The notes beneath the pieces were generated by a model. That model was given only the letters and a program-made list of their open reading frames with translations, had not been told where the DNA came from and searched no databases. Shown in pieces: positions 12,783-24,242 of a DNA stretch of 64,000 nucleotides. The first letter of the stretch is position 1, and each line of letters opens with the position of its first letter. A program made the position numbers and the translations under genes. Source of the stretch: Moniliella sp. 'wahieum' (Eukaryota); contig RSEE01000022.1 in NCBI GenBank assembly GCA_003971905.1, positions 496,001 through 560,000 of the forward strand, written 5' to 3'.

Positions 12783-14723
12783 ATGGCTACAATCCGCAAT
12801 TTGCGGCGAGCTTCAAGCTGCAACGGTCGGATCCTGCAGGGAGCCATCCCCAAGCTATCACCCGTTCTTCGACGTCCATTGGCCATGACCTTGAGAAACT
12901 TGATTCGGCCGCCACGCCGTCGGAAAAGACCGATGGCGAACACGTGCAGGAGCGGGGCGAGGATGCCTCTGTCGACGGCAGCGATACAGGGCTGAAGCGC
13001 GACTTTAACCAGTTCCATCTACAAGTATGTTTTCCCTTTTTGGAACTTCCAGATGTTAGAAGGCTGGGACTAACGATTAAGATCTAGATGCTTGCCTTTG
13101 GTGGGAGTATCGGGACTGGTCCCTAATCGCATCGGGAGGAGTGTACTCCACGGGTGGAGCTGGATTCTTGATCCTTGATTATCTTCTCGTCGCTACCATG
13201 CTGTTCACTGTCATGATGTCCTTGGGTGAGCTGGCCTGCATGTTCCCCGTTGCGGGAACATTTTCTACCTTGGGCAGCCGCTTCGTGTCCAGCTCATGGG
13301 GGTTCGGAATGGGGTACATGTATGTGCTTCAATGGCTTGTTACCACCACCCCCCCAGATCGCCTCCTGCTCCATCGTGATTACCTATTGGGACCCGAACA
13401 AGACCATCTCCCCCGCAGTCTGGGTTACCATCATTTGGTGTTCATCTTCTTCCTTAACCTTTTCGGCGTGCGACTCTATGGCCACATGGAGATTTTCATG
13501 TCTACCATCAAGATTATTCTGCTTCTCGGGGTAATCATTTGCTTTTCTGTCGTCTCGGCAGGTGGGGGACCAACCCATCATCACATTGGCGCCGCTTACT
13601 GGAAGCCCGACCTGGCCTTCCTTAATGGGTTCAAAGGATTTGTACGTCATCCAGCGTTCGTCCCCCCAGTTTGTTCAGTCACTGACGTTTGATGATAGTG
13701 CTCTGTATTCGTTTCAGCTGCCTTCTCGGTGGCCGGCGTGGAGATGATCGCGCTAGCGGCGGCGGAGACGTCCACCCCTCGGAAGGCGGTTCCCAAGGCA
13801 GTCCGGCAAGTCTGGATGCGCGTTGTGTTGATCTATGTCGTCACTCTCTTTGTCATCACCCTTTGTGTTTCACCGAAGGACCCTCGTCTGACTGAGTACG
13901 GATCAAGCAATCCCCGTTCTTCTCCCATCGTTGTCGCTCTCATCGATGCCAAAATCAAGGTCCTTCCTTCGATCGTGAACGCTGTTATCCTGTTGGCCTG
14001 CATTTCGGTTGGCGTGACCAGTGTGTACGGCACCTCTCGCACGTTGCTTGGTCTCGCACAAAGTCAGCAGGCTCCCAAATCTTTGCTTACGTTGACCGTG
14101 AGGGCCGCCCCACCCCCGCGATTGTGCTCGCCATGCTATTTAGTCTGATTGGCTACGTCGCTGTTTCGGGAAGCGAGGGGGACGTATTTGCTTGGCTCTT
14201 GGCCATCTCGGGTCTGTCTACCCTTTTTACGTGGTTTTCCGTCTGTTTCTGCCACATCCGCTTCCGCCTTGCCTGGACTCACTCCGGTCGCTCGCTCGAC
14301 TTGATTCCCTGGCGTGCGCCTGGGGGATTTACGCTGCTGCTTACGGTGCTGGCTTTTGCATTCTTATCCTCATCTTGCAATTTATCATTGCCGCCGCCCC
14401 AATTGGCGCCAACTCAATGTCAGCAACGAGCGGACAATCACCTTCTTCCAGGCCTATCTCGCTTTCCCCATTCTCATCCTCTTTCTGGTTTATGCTGAAC
14501 TGGATTGGGCTGCGCTCAAGTCACGATGGGTTGTCAAGCGCATCGCTGGCGTTCCCGTGGGATGGGGCCCTACCCGCTGTGGGTTCGTTCTTGGGTGCGG
14601 ATTGAGGACATTGATATCGACCTGGGCCGGAGGAATCCCCCGTCGCTCGAGCAACTCATGGCCGAACGCCAAGAAGCTCGTGAAATGTCTCTCGGGAAGA
14701 AGATAGTCGAATTCTTCTTCTGA
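12783..14723 (+). CDS. Amino-acid permease (APC superfamily, yeast YAT family); frameshifted; start approximate
   Basis: LKRDFNQFHLQ^MLAFGGSIGTG; SLGELACMFPVAGTF; GFKGF^CSVFVSAAFS..GVEMIALAAAE; WLLAISGLS; CHIRFRLAW. Introns 13025-13087 and 13642-13698. Confidence 0.93.
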
Positions 14724-15609
14724 TCCGTTTGTCGTTTCTTCTTCTCTATACCCTTTCCGCACACTGGCCAAAGCATTCACTTTTACGGTTTGATTGTAAT
14801 GATGCGTCGAGATGTCATTTTGACTTTGACTTTGACACTTGATACTCTCTCTGTGCTGGGCTGCATTGATATAGCACTACGTACAGCAAAATACACTGAC
14901 CGCCCCAGCGTTTCTTTTTCTCTACTGCCATAACCTTTCCAAATGCTGTGTACGGCAGCGACATTATAAGAAGCGTTCTCCCCCCAGAAGCTCTCTATCC
15001 GGCGTAGTGCTGACAACTCGCGCTCACCCACGTAGGAGGCGAATGGTATTGTCAGGAGGTCACGCCGCCCAGGAGACCATTCAACTGTCGCCATTAGTTT
15101 CTCTATGTTGGCACATACGGCGAATAAGGAAAGCCGTCGACATGTGAGTCATAACATGAATGAACCACCATGTGTTTCAAGGATACTCTCTTGGGGTAGT
15201 TCCTTTTCCAGCGTTCATGCATGCTCCCCTCTCTCAAAAAGTATTGAATTTTGCTAGAATCTGTGCGGGGGACTGCGTTATTGTATCCTCTAGTTGTACG
15301 GAACAGTTATAGATTAAAGTATGATGTACCAAACTTTTGTTGGGCGTCTTCGTAACCAGCAATGTGTGTCGCCCGCCCATAACGGGTGTGGGGGTGGTGG
15401 CTGAAGCCACCCCTCAATGATGCTGCATTGTATGCCGCCAAAGCAAAGGCATTGCGGCGCCCAGGTATACGCTTCTTCTGCTTATTGCAACAGTGAGGCA
15501 GTCGGGTATTGTCTCTCCTGTATGGCACACACAGGCCAACAGCCATAGGGCTGAGAGGAGAGAGGTCGGGAGGCTCAGCCTAAGAGACCACGTGGGCGAG
15601 TCTGGGTGT

Positions 15610-15789
15610 CTACATTCTCACGAAGAAGGCGCCGCACAGACTACATTGCCACACGCCAGGCTTGATATCGAAGCATGGGGCCAGATGCGTGCATTCTGGA
15701 CACCTGAGAGCGAATCCCTGTTGTTTTTTCTGGTTAGGACCTGCCAGTGCGCAGCAAGATACAAGGGAAACACTTGCACGACGGGCCAT
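15610..15789 (-). CDS. Candidate 59-aa zinc-ribbon microprotein (CxxC-x15-CxxC)
   Basis: TATATAAG at 15882-15875, pyrimidine-rich leader, ATG at 15789; ..RCPECTHLAPCFDIKPGVWQCSLCGAFF. Confidence 0.4.
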   Translation of the reverse strand: MARRASVSLVSCCALAGPNQKKQQGFALRCPECTHLAPCFDIKPGVWQCSLCGAFFVRM

Positions 15790-16449
15790 ATTAGCTGAAG
15801 AGGCAGCGTTGCGTGATGCACGTGGTGTGGGAAAAAGACAGTAAGATAATTGATCGACCTCTCCGTTTGTCGTCCTTATATATGCACCCCCAAGTTGGAC
15901 GAGCTGCGTTGCCTGGGCGATGAGAGATGCGTGACGGTCGATTCCCTCTGTCCTCGCGCTGTGTAGCCGCCCATGTAACCCCTTTATGCTTGTGCACCCC
16001 ATGCAGGCGGCCTGCATGGGACACAGTCCTCCTCTGCCCCATAACCCTTTCGGGCCATCCGGAGCGCCCAATGGTCTCGGTCCATGATCGGGACCCGGTT
16101 CTCTGGTCCAATTGGCTGCGCCGGTCTAGGCGGTCACGTGCTTGACTTGACACCAGCCCGAACACCGATATTCCGCGCGTGGATTTCACCTTAATTGCCG
16201 TGTGGTTGAGTAGTTGGATACTTAAGAGTACTACGTTAGCTTCAAGCTCGCTTGAAGTTGCATGTGTGGGGATTCCGTACAGACCTCTCCACAGTGGTTA
16301 CGGTGGACGTTGTTGGACATAGTGATGGACGCACTCGGCCGACCAAGCGAACATCGGTTGACGTGCTGCCGAGTCCTTAGCGCGTCGAGCAGTATATTCC
16401 CTCTACATAAAAGGCGCGTGGAAGATAGTTTCTCTCAGCACCCTACTCT

Positions 16450-16553
16450 CATGAGACCAGAAGTCCGGATAGTCCTTGAGGGTAATGCAATCACACTGGT
16501 GGTGGTGGTGGTAGTGTAAGCCAACCAGCAACGTCTACAGAGGAACATCAAGA
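16450..16553 (+). repeat. Dispersed repeat copy 1 (others at about 35745-35990 and 48957-49180)
   Basis: TAAGCCAACCAGCAACG(T/C)CTACAGAGGAACATCAAG is shared with about 49017-49053; CTACAGAGGAACTTCAAG at about 35816. Confidence 0.8.
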
Positions 16554-16931
16554 ACCCACCCTCAGGCCTCACGCGTCACGAGGCAAGAGCTGCCGAGGAA
16601 AGTAAGAAGCTCAACTCCAACTCGGGCAGCTGGCAAAGGCAATAAATGAAGGGTACGGCATATTGTTTTGGTAGTGGCGATGCAGGCAATCGCTCGTTGT
16701 ACGGCAAAATAAGCATGCCCGCGTCCAGCCAAAGGCGTACAGTTGCTCTAGCATTCTCGAGTGCATAGCGTAGATCGAGAAGTACCTGATGTCCCGCATC
16801 GCGTGCAATACGTAGCAGGAGATGAACATGAGCAATGAAGCAATATGGGAAGCAGGCGTCAACATCGAGCGACCAAGTGAGCCGAAAGTTGGCTTCAAAA
16901 ACGTTCCAAGAAGCCATAGGGCCGAAGACGT

Positions 16932-17436
16932 TTAGTCAAACAGACCGAAGCCCATGTCGTCGTCCGACTCCTCTTCTCCTCCTCTTCTTCCTCAACAGGG
17001 GCGGCGGCCTCACCAGCACCAGCAGCGGCAGCGGAAGGCGCCGCACCTGCAGGGGCGGCACCAACGGCGCCAATACCAGCCAAAAGCTCCTTAACGTCCT
17101 TGCCCTCAAGCGCCTTAGCGAGGAGGGTGGCCCACACGGGCTCACCTCGACCTTAGCGGCCTTGGTAAGGGTGGTGATCTTCTCTGCCTGAGACCAAATA
17201 TAAGGTCAGTTGCCTCGATCTCATTCAGTATTCAAACTCCGCAGCACCACGCCCCCGGGGTCCCCAGCAAGTGCAAGGCAAATGCACACCGTCAGCCAAA
17301 GCGACTGTCATCCAGCAGCAGTCGAAATAAGGAGACGGAGGGAGCGGAAATGGAAAGAGAAAGGCGTGACGTACAGAAATTTCGACCCGCCGTCGGCGAG
17401 GATGAGAGTCGCGAGCGTAGCGGCGTTAGCAGACAT
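16932..17436 (-). CDS. RPP1: 60S acidic ribosomal protein P1
   Basis: [17 protein letters not shown]^[47 protein letters not shown]; one intron (about 17188-17374); small indels. Confidence 0.95.
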
Positions 17437-17574
17437 GGCGACGAACGGCTGGTGTACAGCGAGCTATGAGGGACTTAGACCTGGCGTCACGAGCATGGGA
17501 TGCGACAATCGTCTCGCGAAGCGTCGGTGAAATAGGGTTGAAACATGGGCGCAATAAATATATGGCGCCTCATG

Positions 17575-18033
17575 TTGATCATCGATCATTGATCACTTGA
17601 CCGGTGACCGCTGGTCGTGCATGCATCATGTTTGAACATTTGAACAAATGGAGCATTGAATGCATTCGTTCCAACGTGTTCACACTCACAGGCGGCCTCA
17701 CCGGCCTCATCTCCTGCCTCACCGCCGGCTGATGTTTGTTCCTTGTTATATACAAGTATCGATTTGGCCAGATTTGCGGCAAAATGTCCAAAGGTATACG
17801 CTGAATGTCGTCGCCGTTGGCACAGCAACGGCACGCGCGGATGAGCTGTGAACAACGCGTTCAACATCGATCACAACAGAGCTGATTGGAAATGCCCCGC
17901 GGTAATAAGCCCCCGAAGTAATAGCAATATACAAAGGGCGCGCTTACCGTCTAAAGGCTCGGTCAAGAGAACATTGTGTCACGTAATCACGTAGACCAGA
18001 CCACATGGTCACATGGCTAGCCCACGTACTCAC
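17575..18033. repeat. Heptamer/palindrome cluster upstream of RPP1
   Basis: TGATCATCGATCATTGATCA; TGACCGGTGACCG; TGCATGCATCATG; TCACGTAATCACGTA; CACATGGTCACATGG. Confidence 0.75.
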
Positions 18034-18806
18034 TCTGTTATCATCTCTCCCCTCCTATATCTACCAGAGCAGCGCTCAAGACTTCTCTGAGTGAACCACA
18101 CACCTCCATCTCCTCTCTCACTCCCTCAATAGTACAGTGACAATCACACAGAAAAACGTGGAGGAGAAAACAATGGGAGAAAGGTTATAGCCCCCCCTAG
18201 ACATTGTACTAATATATACGCGTTCGTCAGCCGCGAGACGAGCAAAGGGTATCATCAACAGGAGATGGAGAGGAAAAAGGAAAGGGGTAATAGGTGATCA
18301 TATTCATCGAGATGGAGAGGAACCGATGGATTGTGTATATCTCGACGGAGGAGCTTGGGACCGTTCGAGTTGGGAATCGCGTGAAAGGGCTTCAACAGCA
18401 TCGACGACGAATAAGAAGTGTGGTTTAGGCTCACCTGGTGAGTCGACTCAAAGTCCTTCCACTGGGTTAGTTACAATCAAAGTAAAGAGTCGTTCGTTAC
18501 GCTTTATTCATGTTGGTGAAGTTAAGAGACAGTATCATGGGGAGAAATGAAAGCATGCGCTATAGAGCGATCAGCATCGGAAAAGCCCACGCCGCAGAGG
18601 AGAGGGAAAAAAGATCACAGTCTTATTGCACAAAAAAGGGCTCCAGCCGAGGGGCATCGCCGAATGGTGGAGCAGATCTCAAAAGCCACTCTCATAGCGG
18701 ATGCCATTCCGTCAAAGCTTACTACGCGTGACTTGAAGACGGCATGTCCGGAATGAAGCCACTGGCAGCGCTGGCCAACGGCTGCTTCCCTCTGCGCTAG
18801 TCGAAA

Positions 18807-20894
18807 TCATGAGAGAGGGACAGGAAAATCCTCGTCGAGCTTGCCCACTTGAGAACGAAGCACATTCTTCTGTACTTTGCCTGTGGCACTTTGGGGAGGG
18901 AGGGAACCAACTCCACCCAGGCCGGCACAGCAAAGTGACTCATGCGTGAGCGACACCAGTCCCGTAGGTCCTTAGTCAAAGCCAGACGGAACTCAAGACT
19001 GGAGTTGAGTTCCTTGCAGACGGCGGCCAAGCGACTGTCGTGGCTGTCCGCATCCACATCGGGCACATCAGTCGGCTTAAGTGGTGAGCAGGGGGGACCA
19101 TTCGGCTTGCCCATGGCGTGCATTTTGCCCAAGTGCTCCGTAGGCCCGAGGGCGAAAGCACGACACATGCATGGCCTGCTTCCCCCCAGCGAGCATGGGG
19201 CCGCGCCACCAGGGCGCATTCCCGCACCATTCATGAGCTGAAAGTTCCTGCTCGACCATGAGTGAGGAGACATTCTCTCCCCCAGGAATGATATATCTTT
19301 GGACCGGTCCCGATCACAATCCCGCCGTTGGGCAAGCGGACGGCCAAATCACCACTGCACAAGTACCCTCTTTGGTGCATTTGGCCGTAGCCGCGGGGTC
19401 GTTAAAGTACTCGCGCATAACATGTTGCCCCCATCACCACTTCACCCCCACTTCTTCTCCATTCAGCTCAACGTCTTCGGCTGGTTCTTTCACTTTGCTC
19501 CAGTCGCCATCAAAGTTTTTGGGGATGCGGAAGACGCGAACCTCGTCTGCAGTCAAAAATCCATGACCTTGTTGGGCCATGAGTCGAGACCGTTCGTCCA
19601 ATGAGAGGTCCTTCCATGTTCCCCCCCCATTGCTCCTCCCTTCTCGTCATAGCGCCGAGTAAAGGGGCCGTAGGTTTCTGTCATCCCATAGATGGCAACC
19701 GGAAGAAGCCCAATGTCTCCAACCGACCGATGAGAGCCGAAGTGGGCGCTGATCCCGCCACTCCGAGCCGAATAAAGGGCGAGTGGAGTTCGCACTGCGT
19801 GCTTTGGGTGGACACGACGCCTACTTGAACCGTAGGGCTCCACATGAATGGGTCACCCCACCGTGGAGGTAGGCGTCCCAAATTGCATCATAGTCCACTC
19901 GCCGGATCGTATAGCTGCACGAGAGTGCTGCTGTTGTGGCCCAAGGGAAGGTCCAGCCACTGCAGTGAAACGCGGGCAGGATCCACAGATACACACTGTT
20001 GTGATCAAGGCGTAACTCGAATGCTGGTATTAGTAACAATAGTTAATCAGCATTCACACACGAGAAAGGGGAAGAGAGGGGATCAGTATTATGCCTCCAC
20101 AGCGAAAATGCAACGGCAACAAAACGGTACACACCATTGGCTAGCTGCAAGGTAGGACCCCGACAGTGGTCACGACCCCCTTAGGGCGACCCGTAGTGCC
20201 CGAGGTAGCGAGGGAGCTGGGGGTGCTCAGATGGGGGCAAGAGAATACTTCCCAGTCTCGCGGCGCTGTGGCCGGGTTTCTTCCTTGCATGCGGACAACC
20301 TCGGCAGACTTTTCGTTTGCCTGCTGCCACTGGAGCCAACCTTTGTCGAGAAACTGCTCGTAGGGATCCGCATCGATACCGTTATACCGCCGCTATCGTG
20401 GCTAACGACGACGGTGATTCCGCGTTGGGCATGCTTGGGCTCGATCAGATGGGCAAACTTGTGATCCACGATAATCACGCGTGCGCCGCTGTGCTCGAGG
20501 ACATACGAGATTTCCGCGGTGTGTTACGAATGTTGATCGGCTGTACGATGCCTCCTGCAGCCAGAACGGCATGATGGGCTTCGAGAATCATGGGCAATTG
20601 GGCGCAACGATAGCAACGGGGCCCCCTGTTGGAAAGAGGGATCCGTACGGAGTGCGTGGGCAAGGCTGAGGCAACGGGCGGCCCATTGGCCGTAATTGAA
20701 GCCGTAGTTGCGCTCAGGGTGGACAATGGCTTGCGCAGTGGTGCAATGAGGGCGGCACGAAGCAGGAAGGAGACCGGCGTCAGAGGGTGTGTGGTTCATT
20801 GGTGTGCCAGGGGGGACGGCAAGTCGAAGGATAAAGGGGCGCCCCTCGGGCGGCTGGGACGAGCGGGCGGGGTGTAGGAGACTGACAACGACAT
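18807..20894 (-). CDS. AMP-dependent acyl-CoA synthetase/ligase (ANL superfamily); heavily frameshifted
   Basis: TSGTTGRPKGVV; LWILPAFHCSGWTFPWA; YGMTETYGP; PHARWGE; MSHFAVPAWVELVPSLPK..TGKVQKNVLR. Confidence 0.92.
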
Positions 20895-21238
20895 GGGTGG
20901 GGGTTAGGGCAATGCAGACTGGTGGTGGCGAGGAGTAGAGGATAAAATATGAGAGGGATGAAGCAGCCGAGGTGCCACCACAGCAGTCCATGTCCAGTAG
21001 AGCGCGGAGACCGGATCTGTTCTTTCCGGTTGCGGCGGAGTGCTGTGTCAAAAGTAGAAGGGGTGCCCCAATCAATTGTCATATGGAGCAGGAGGTGTAT
21101 ACGCATCAATCTCGCACCAATATGTCAATCGCGGAGAGAGACCATTAACCATTCCCAACCCACTAATGGACTGCAAAATGCATCCACTGTCGTCCCGCCC
21201 GCTTACGAGTGCTGCCGAGCGCCGGTGGGCGGCCCGCG

Positions 21239-21622
21239 TGATGCATGATGCATGATGGGACACTACTATTGTTACGCTCGCTGCTAGACGCACTAGCCCT
21301 GCTGTGCGGTTCGAAACAATCCCCAAAGCAAAAGCACCCTTCCCCTCCCCCCGCACCCAACCACTGAATAATGTGGAGCCCCGCAATTCAGAAGGCTCCA
21401 CACGCAAGGTTGCCATTAGATTTGCGCAACGGATTACGTGGACCCTACACAGCCAGTCGCGGCCAAGCCAGACGAGAAATCACCGGTCACCGGTCACCGG
21501 TCACCCCCGATGTACTAGGGGACCACACCGGGCCTACGGCCCCCGGTCTGCTGGGGCTTCGCCCCAGTTTGGTGCCTGGTGCTTGGTGTTTTGTGCTTGG
21601 TGCCTGGTGCTTGGTGCTTGGT
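21239..21622. repeat. Heptamer arrays in a divergent promoter
   Basis: TG(ATGCATG)2ATG 21239-21257; T(CACCGGT)3CACC 21480-21505; about 7 degenerate TGGTGCY units 21570-21622. Confidence 0.9.
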
Positions 21623-22392
21623 CGCCACCTTGGAGTCCATGATATATGGAGATGCAAATAATACACCACTACCCTGTGTGCGACCAACAGGAAATGGGTC
21701 CTGGACCATGATGATGGGATGGTCAACATTCCATGTTGTGATGGTATATAGCGCGTTGGTTGTTGTGATAATGCGGACATTATTCACGAGGAAGTGCTAT
21801 CGGATGACATTCTTAGTGCCTTCCCACTGGTCTTCACTTGCTTCTGTTGGAGGGTAGTGCTGGGGTTCCCTTGCACGACTCTCGGTGGATCAGTGACGAT
21901 CACTTAACCGGGCGGAAGAGTTCCGCTCGCAGGGCGCGCGCGCCCTGCTCACTTCATCTCTCCCTTCTCTCTCTCCTGTCTCCTTCCCTTCAATTCAGAT
22001 GTTGCTTGAACTTTGCCTTTTCACGCCTTGTCTGAAGGCTGCACTGCACAGCTGATCTATAGGATCGCGAGTGCTCCCAAGTCGCACTCTATAGCAGCTT
22101 CGTCTGCTTCGCTGTGCGATGGGGCTTAGACAGAAGGGGTTACCAAATGGGGCCAACCAACAGTCAACATCCTCGATTGGTGGGGATCCTTTATCCCACC
22201 TTCCATTCTCGTTCCCTTCCCGCCTTTCCTGTCCAACTCCTGAACGTTTCCAGCCAATTGATTCAGTAATACAGGCAACCTCTCGTCTCCACTTGGCTGC
22301 ATCATCTTCATCATCCAACCTCCTCCTCCAGCTTTCCATCTGCCCAGTCGCGCGAGCCTTCCATCAGCCGCGTCGGTTCCCCGTACCACAGC

Positions 22393-22598
22393 ATGTCGCG
22401 TGGGTTCCTTTCAAGTCACTGCCATGCCTCAGCCCTGGCAGTGTCTGTCCGCTCCACTGCATCTACCCGTCTCTGAGCCCCGGAGGTTTCAGACACGTTA
22501 CTACCCTCCAGCCGGCGTATACGCGGCCTTGCCACGCGTGCAGCCGCCTCGGCTTCACGCCCAAAGGCTTCTCTTCCTCGCTCGGATCCACCAGGTAG
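22393..22598 (+). CDS. Candidate Cys/His-rich microprotein of about 68 aa (needs one 1-nt indel correction after the ATG)
   Basis: Long CT-rich leader from about 21945; ATG in context CCACAGCATG; ..WVPFKSLPCLSPGSVCPLHCIYPSLSPGGFRHVTTLQPAYTRPCHACSRLG.. Confidence 0.3.
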
Positions 22599-23395
22599 CC
22601 CGTGAGTCGCAATTGCTTGTTTCAACTTGCTACAAACGCTCCGCGGCAGCCTTGTGGCCAGGTCGACAGCAGTGGGGGCACAACCGTGGGCGTGGATTGA
22701 AGGGGCACCGTGTGCGAGTGTGAGCGTCGGTGTCGCAATGGGGCACCGGCGGGGAGTACGGGTAGGGGGCATTTAAGTGGGTGGAGGGACGCGTCGACGC
22801 GACTCTGTCATATGCCCGATGATTGGCGCAGCCAGCCCCCAGCCGTCACGTGCAGGTGGGGGGTTGCAGTAGGGTTGCACATTTTCTTTGCACCCTCCGA
22901 TATGGAACTTAGAGATGCATGGGAGGGGTACCCATCCTCTCGGTCTTGAAGATAATAGGCAACTTTTCTCGAAAGGGGAGGGAGCCATTATTGTCACCGA
23001 GATGGGAGTAATGCTGAAGGAGAGTACATACCATCATCCCAAAGTTACCGAGCACAGCCTGTCCTGAAATTGAAGCGCGAGCGATATCAGGGAAGATTGG
23101 GGACTGTGGGAACGGGGTTTTGTTAGCGACGGGAGTATTGCGCACAGGAGGGTATAATAGAGTAGCACATGCTTTGTTGCCGGTATAGTGGCCTGCCTTC
23201 AGCCTTCTTTTTTAGGGGGTCGGGGGCGTTGAGCGAGTGTATGGCCTTTGGGGTGGAAGTGACCGCACCCTGGCTCGACAGAGCAAAAAGTGGACAGGGC
23301 TGCCTCCCGCAGACCTGGAAACAAATGTGTATATTATCCTCGGCATATAGTCCTCGGCCAAGGTACGTTTATTGGATGCCAGTGATCATATGCAC

Positions 23396-23478
23396 GCCTC
23401 GCTATTTCAATCGGTAGAATTTGAGACTCTTAAAGAGTTGCCATCTCACGGTTGTGGGTTCGAGTCCCACGTGGGGCG
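23396..23478 (+). tRNA. tRNA-Lys (CTT) with 10-nt intron at 23433-23442
   Basis: Acceptor GCCTCGC/GTGGGGC; anticodon stem TGAGA/TCTCA with CTT at 23429-23431; T-arm GTGGG-TTCGAGT-CCCAC; intron AAGAG pairs with CTCTT. Confidence 0.95.
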
Positions 23479-23487
23479 TTTTTTTTT
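23479..23487 (+). terminator. RNA polymerase III oligo-T terminator
   Basis: T9 run immediately after the tRNA. Confidence 0.85.
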
Positions 23488-23524
23488 GTTTTTATCGCAC
23501 AACCTGTTGGCTAAATTAAGCAGG

Positions 23525-24080
23525 ATGAAGCCTCCTCAGAATCAACAACACCTTTTCTCTGATGACTTCTGCGGAGGAGGTGAAGATTCGGATGGCGATG
23601 CACTGCATCAAGAGAAACGGCAAACTGCCCCGACAACTACTAAAGCTATTAACGGTCCGGATGCCTCGGATGCTGCTCTCGGGCAATCAACTTTGTCCGA
23701 CATTTCTTCCCGCATTCCTTCCAAGCAAGATATACTAGATGACATGTGACATTTGGAAGTGTTCCATGTCCGAGCTATTTGAGGAGGAGTTCAACGTGAT
23801 TTGTGAGGTACGTTCCTGCGTCGCTCGGCAGTTTTGCTCGTTTTGTTCCTCGTGCTTAAGTGTCTCTTCCAGGCCGATGTGACTCCGGCATTAAACATTA
23901 AACCCAGAGCGGCTTCCCTTGCTCATCGACTCGCTGGATCCGATTCACTGGTCTCTACAAGTACAGTCCGAATTTGAGAGTCACAGTGTGTGAAGCACCA
24001 GCACGCCCCCAGCTGGCTTTTCATGGGACCAAGACTGACACGCCTGCCATTTACTACACATCATGGACATTGTCATATGG
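23525..24080 (+). CDS. Hypothetical small protein; end uncertain
   Basis: ATG at 23525, acidic protein-like sequence, canonical intron GTACGT..CAG at 23808-23872; no family recognised. Confidence 0.4.
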
Positions 24081-24242
24081 ACCTGTGAATGGAGCGGCCT
24101 TGCTCGAATGCTATGTATGATACATCCCTTTTCTTGCACACCCGTTCCGTGCCGTAGACCATATAACAGAACCATTAATAACGCTAATTCCACAACCACC
24201 CTACGAATGTTGACATGGGAAAACAACACCAGCACAAAGTTG

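Noticed and set aside
21480..21622. CRISPR array
   Set aside because: 7-bp tandem units without unique spacers; eukaryotic context; no cas genes.
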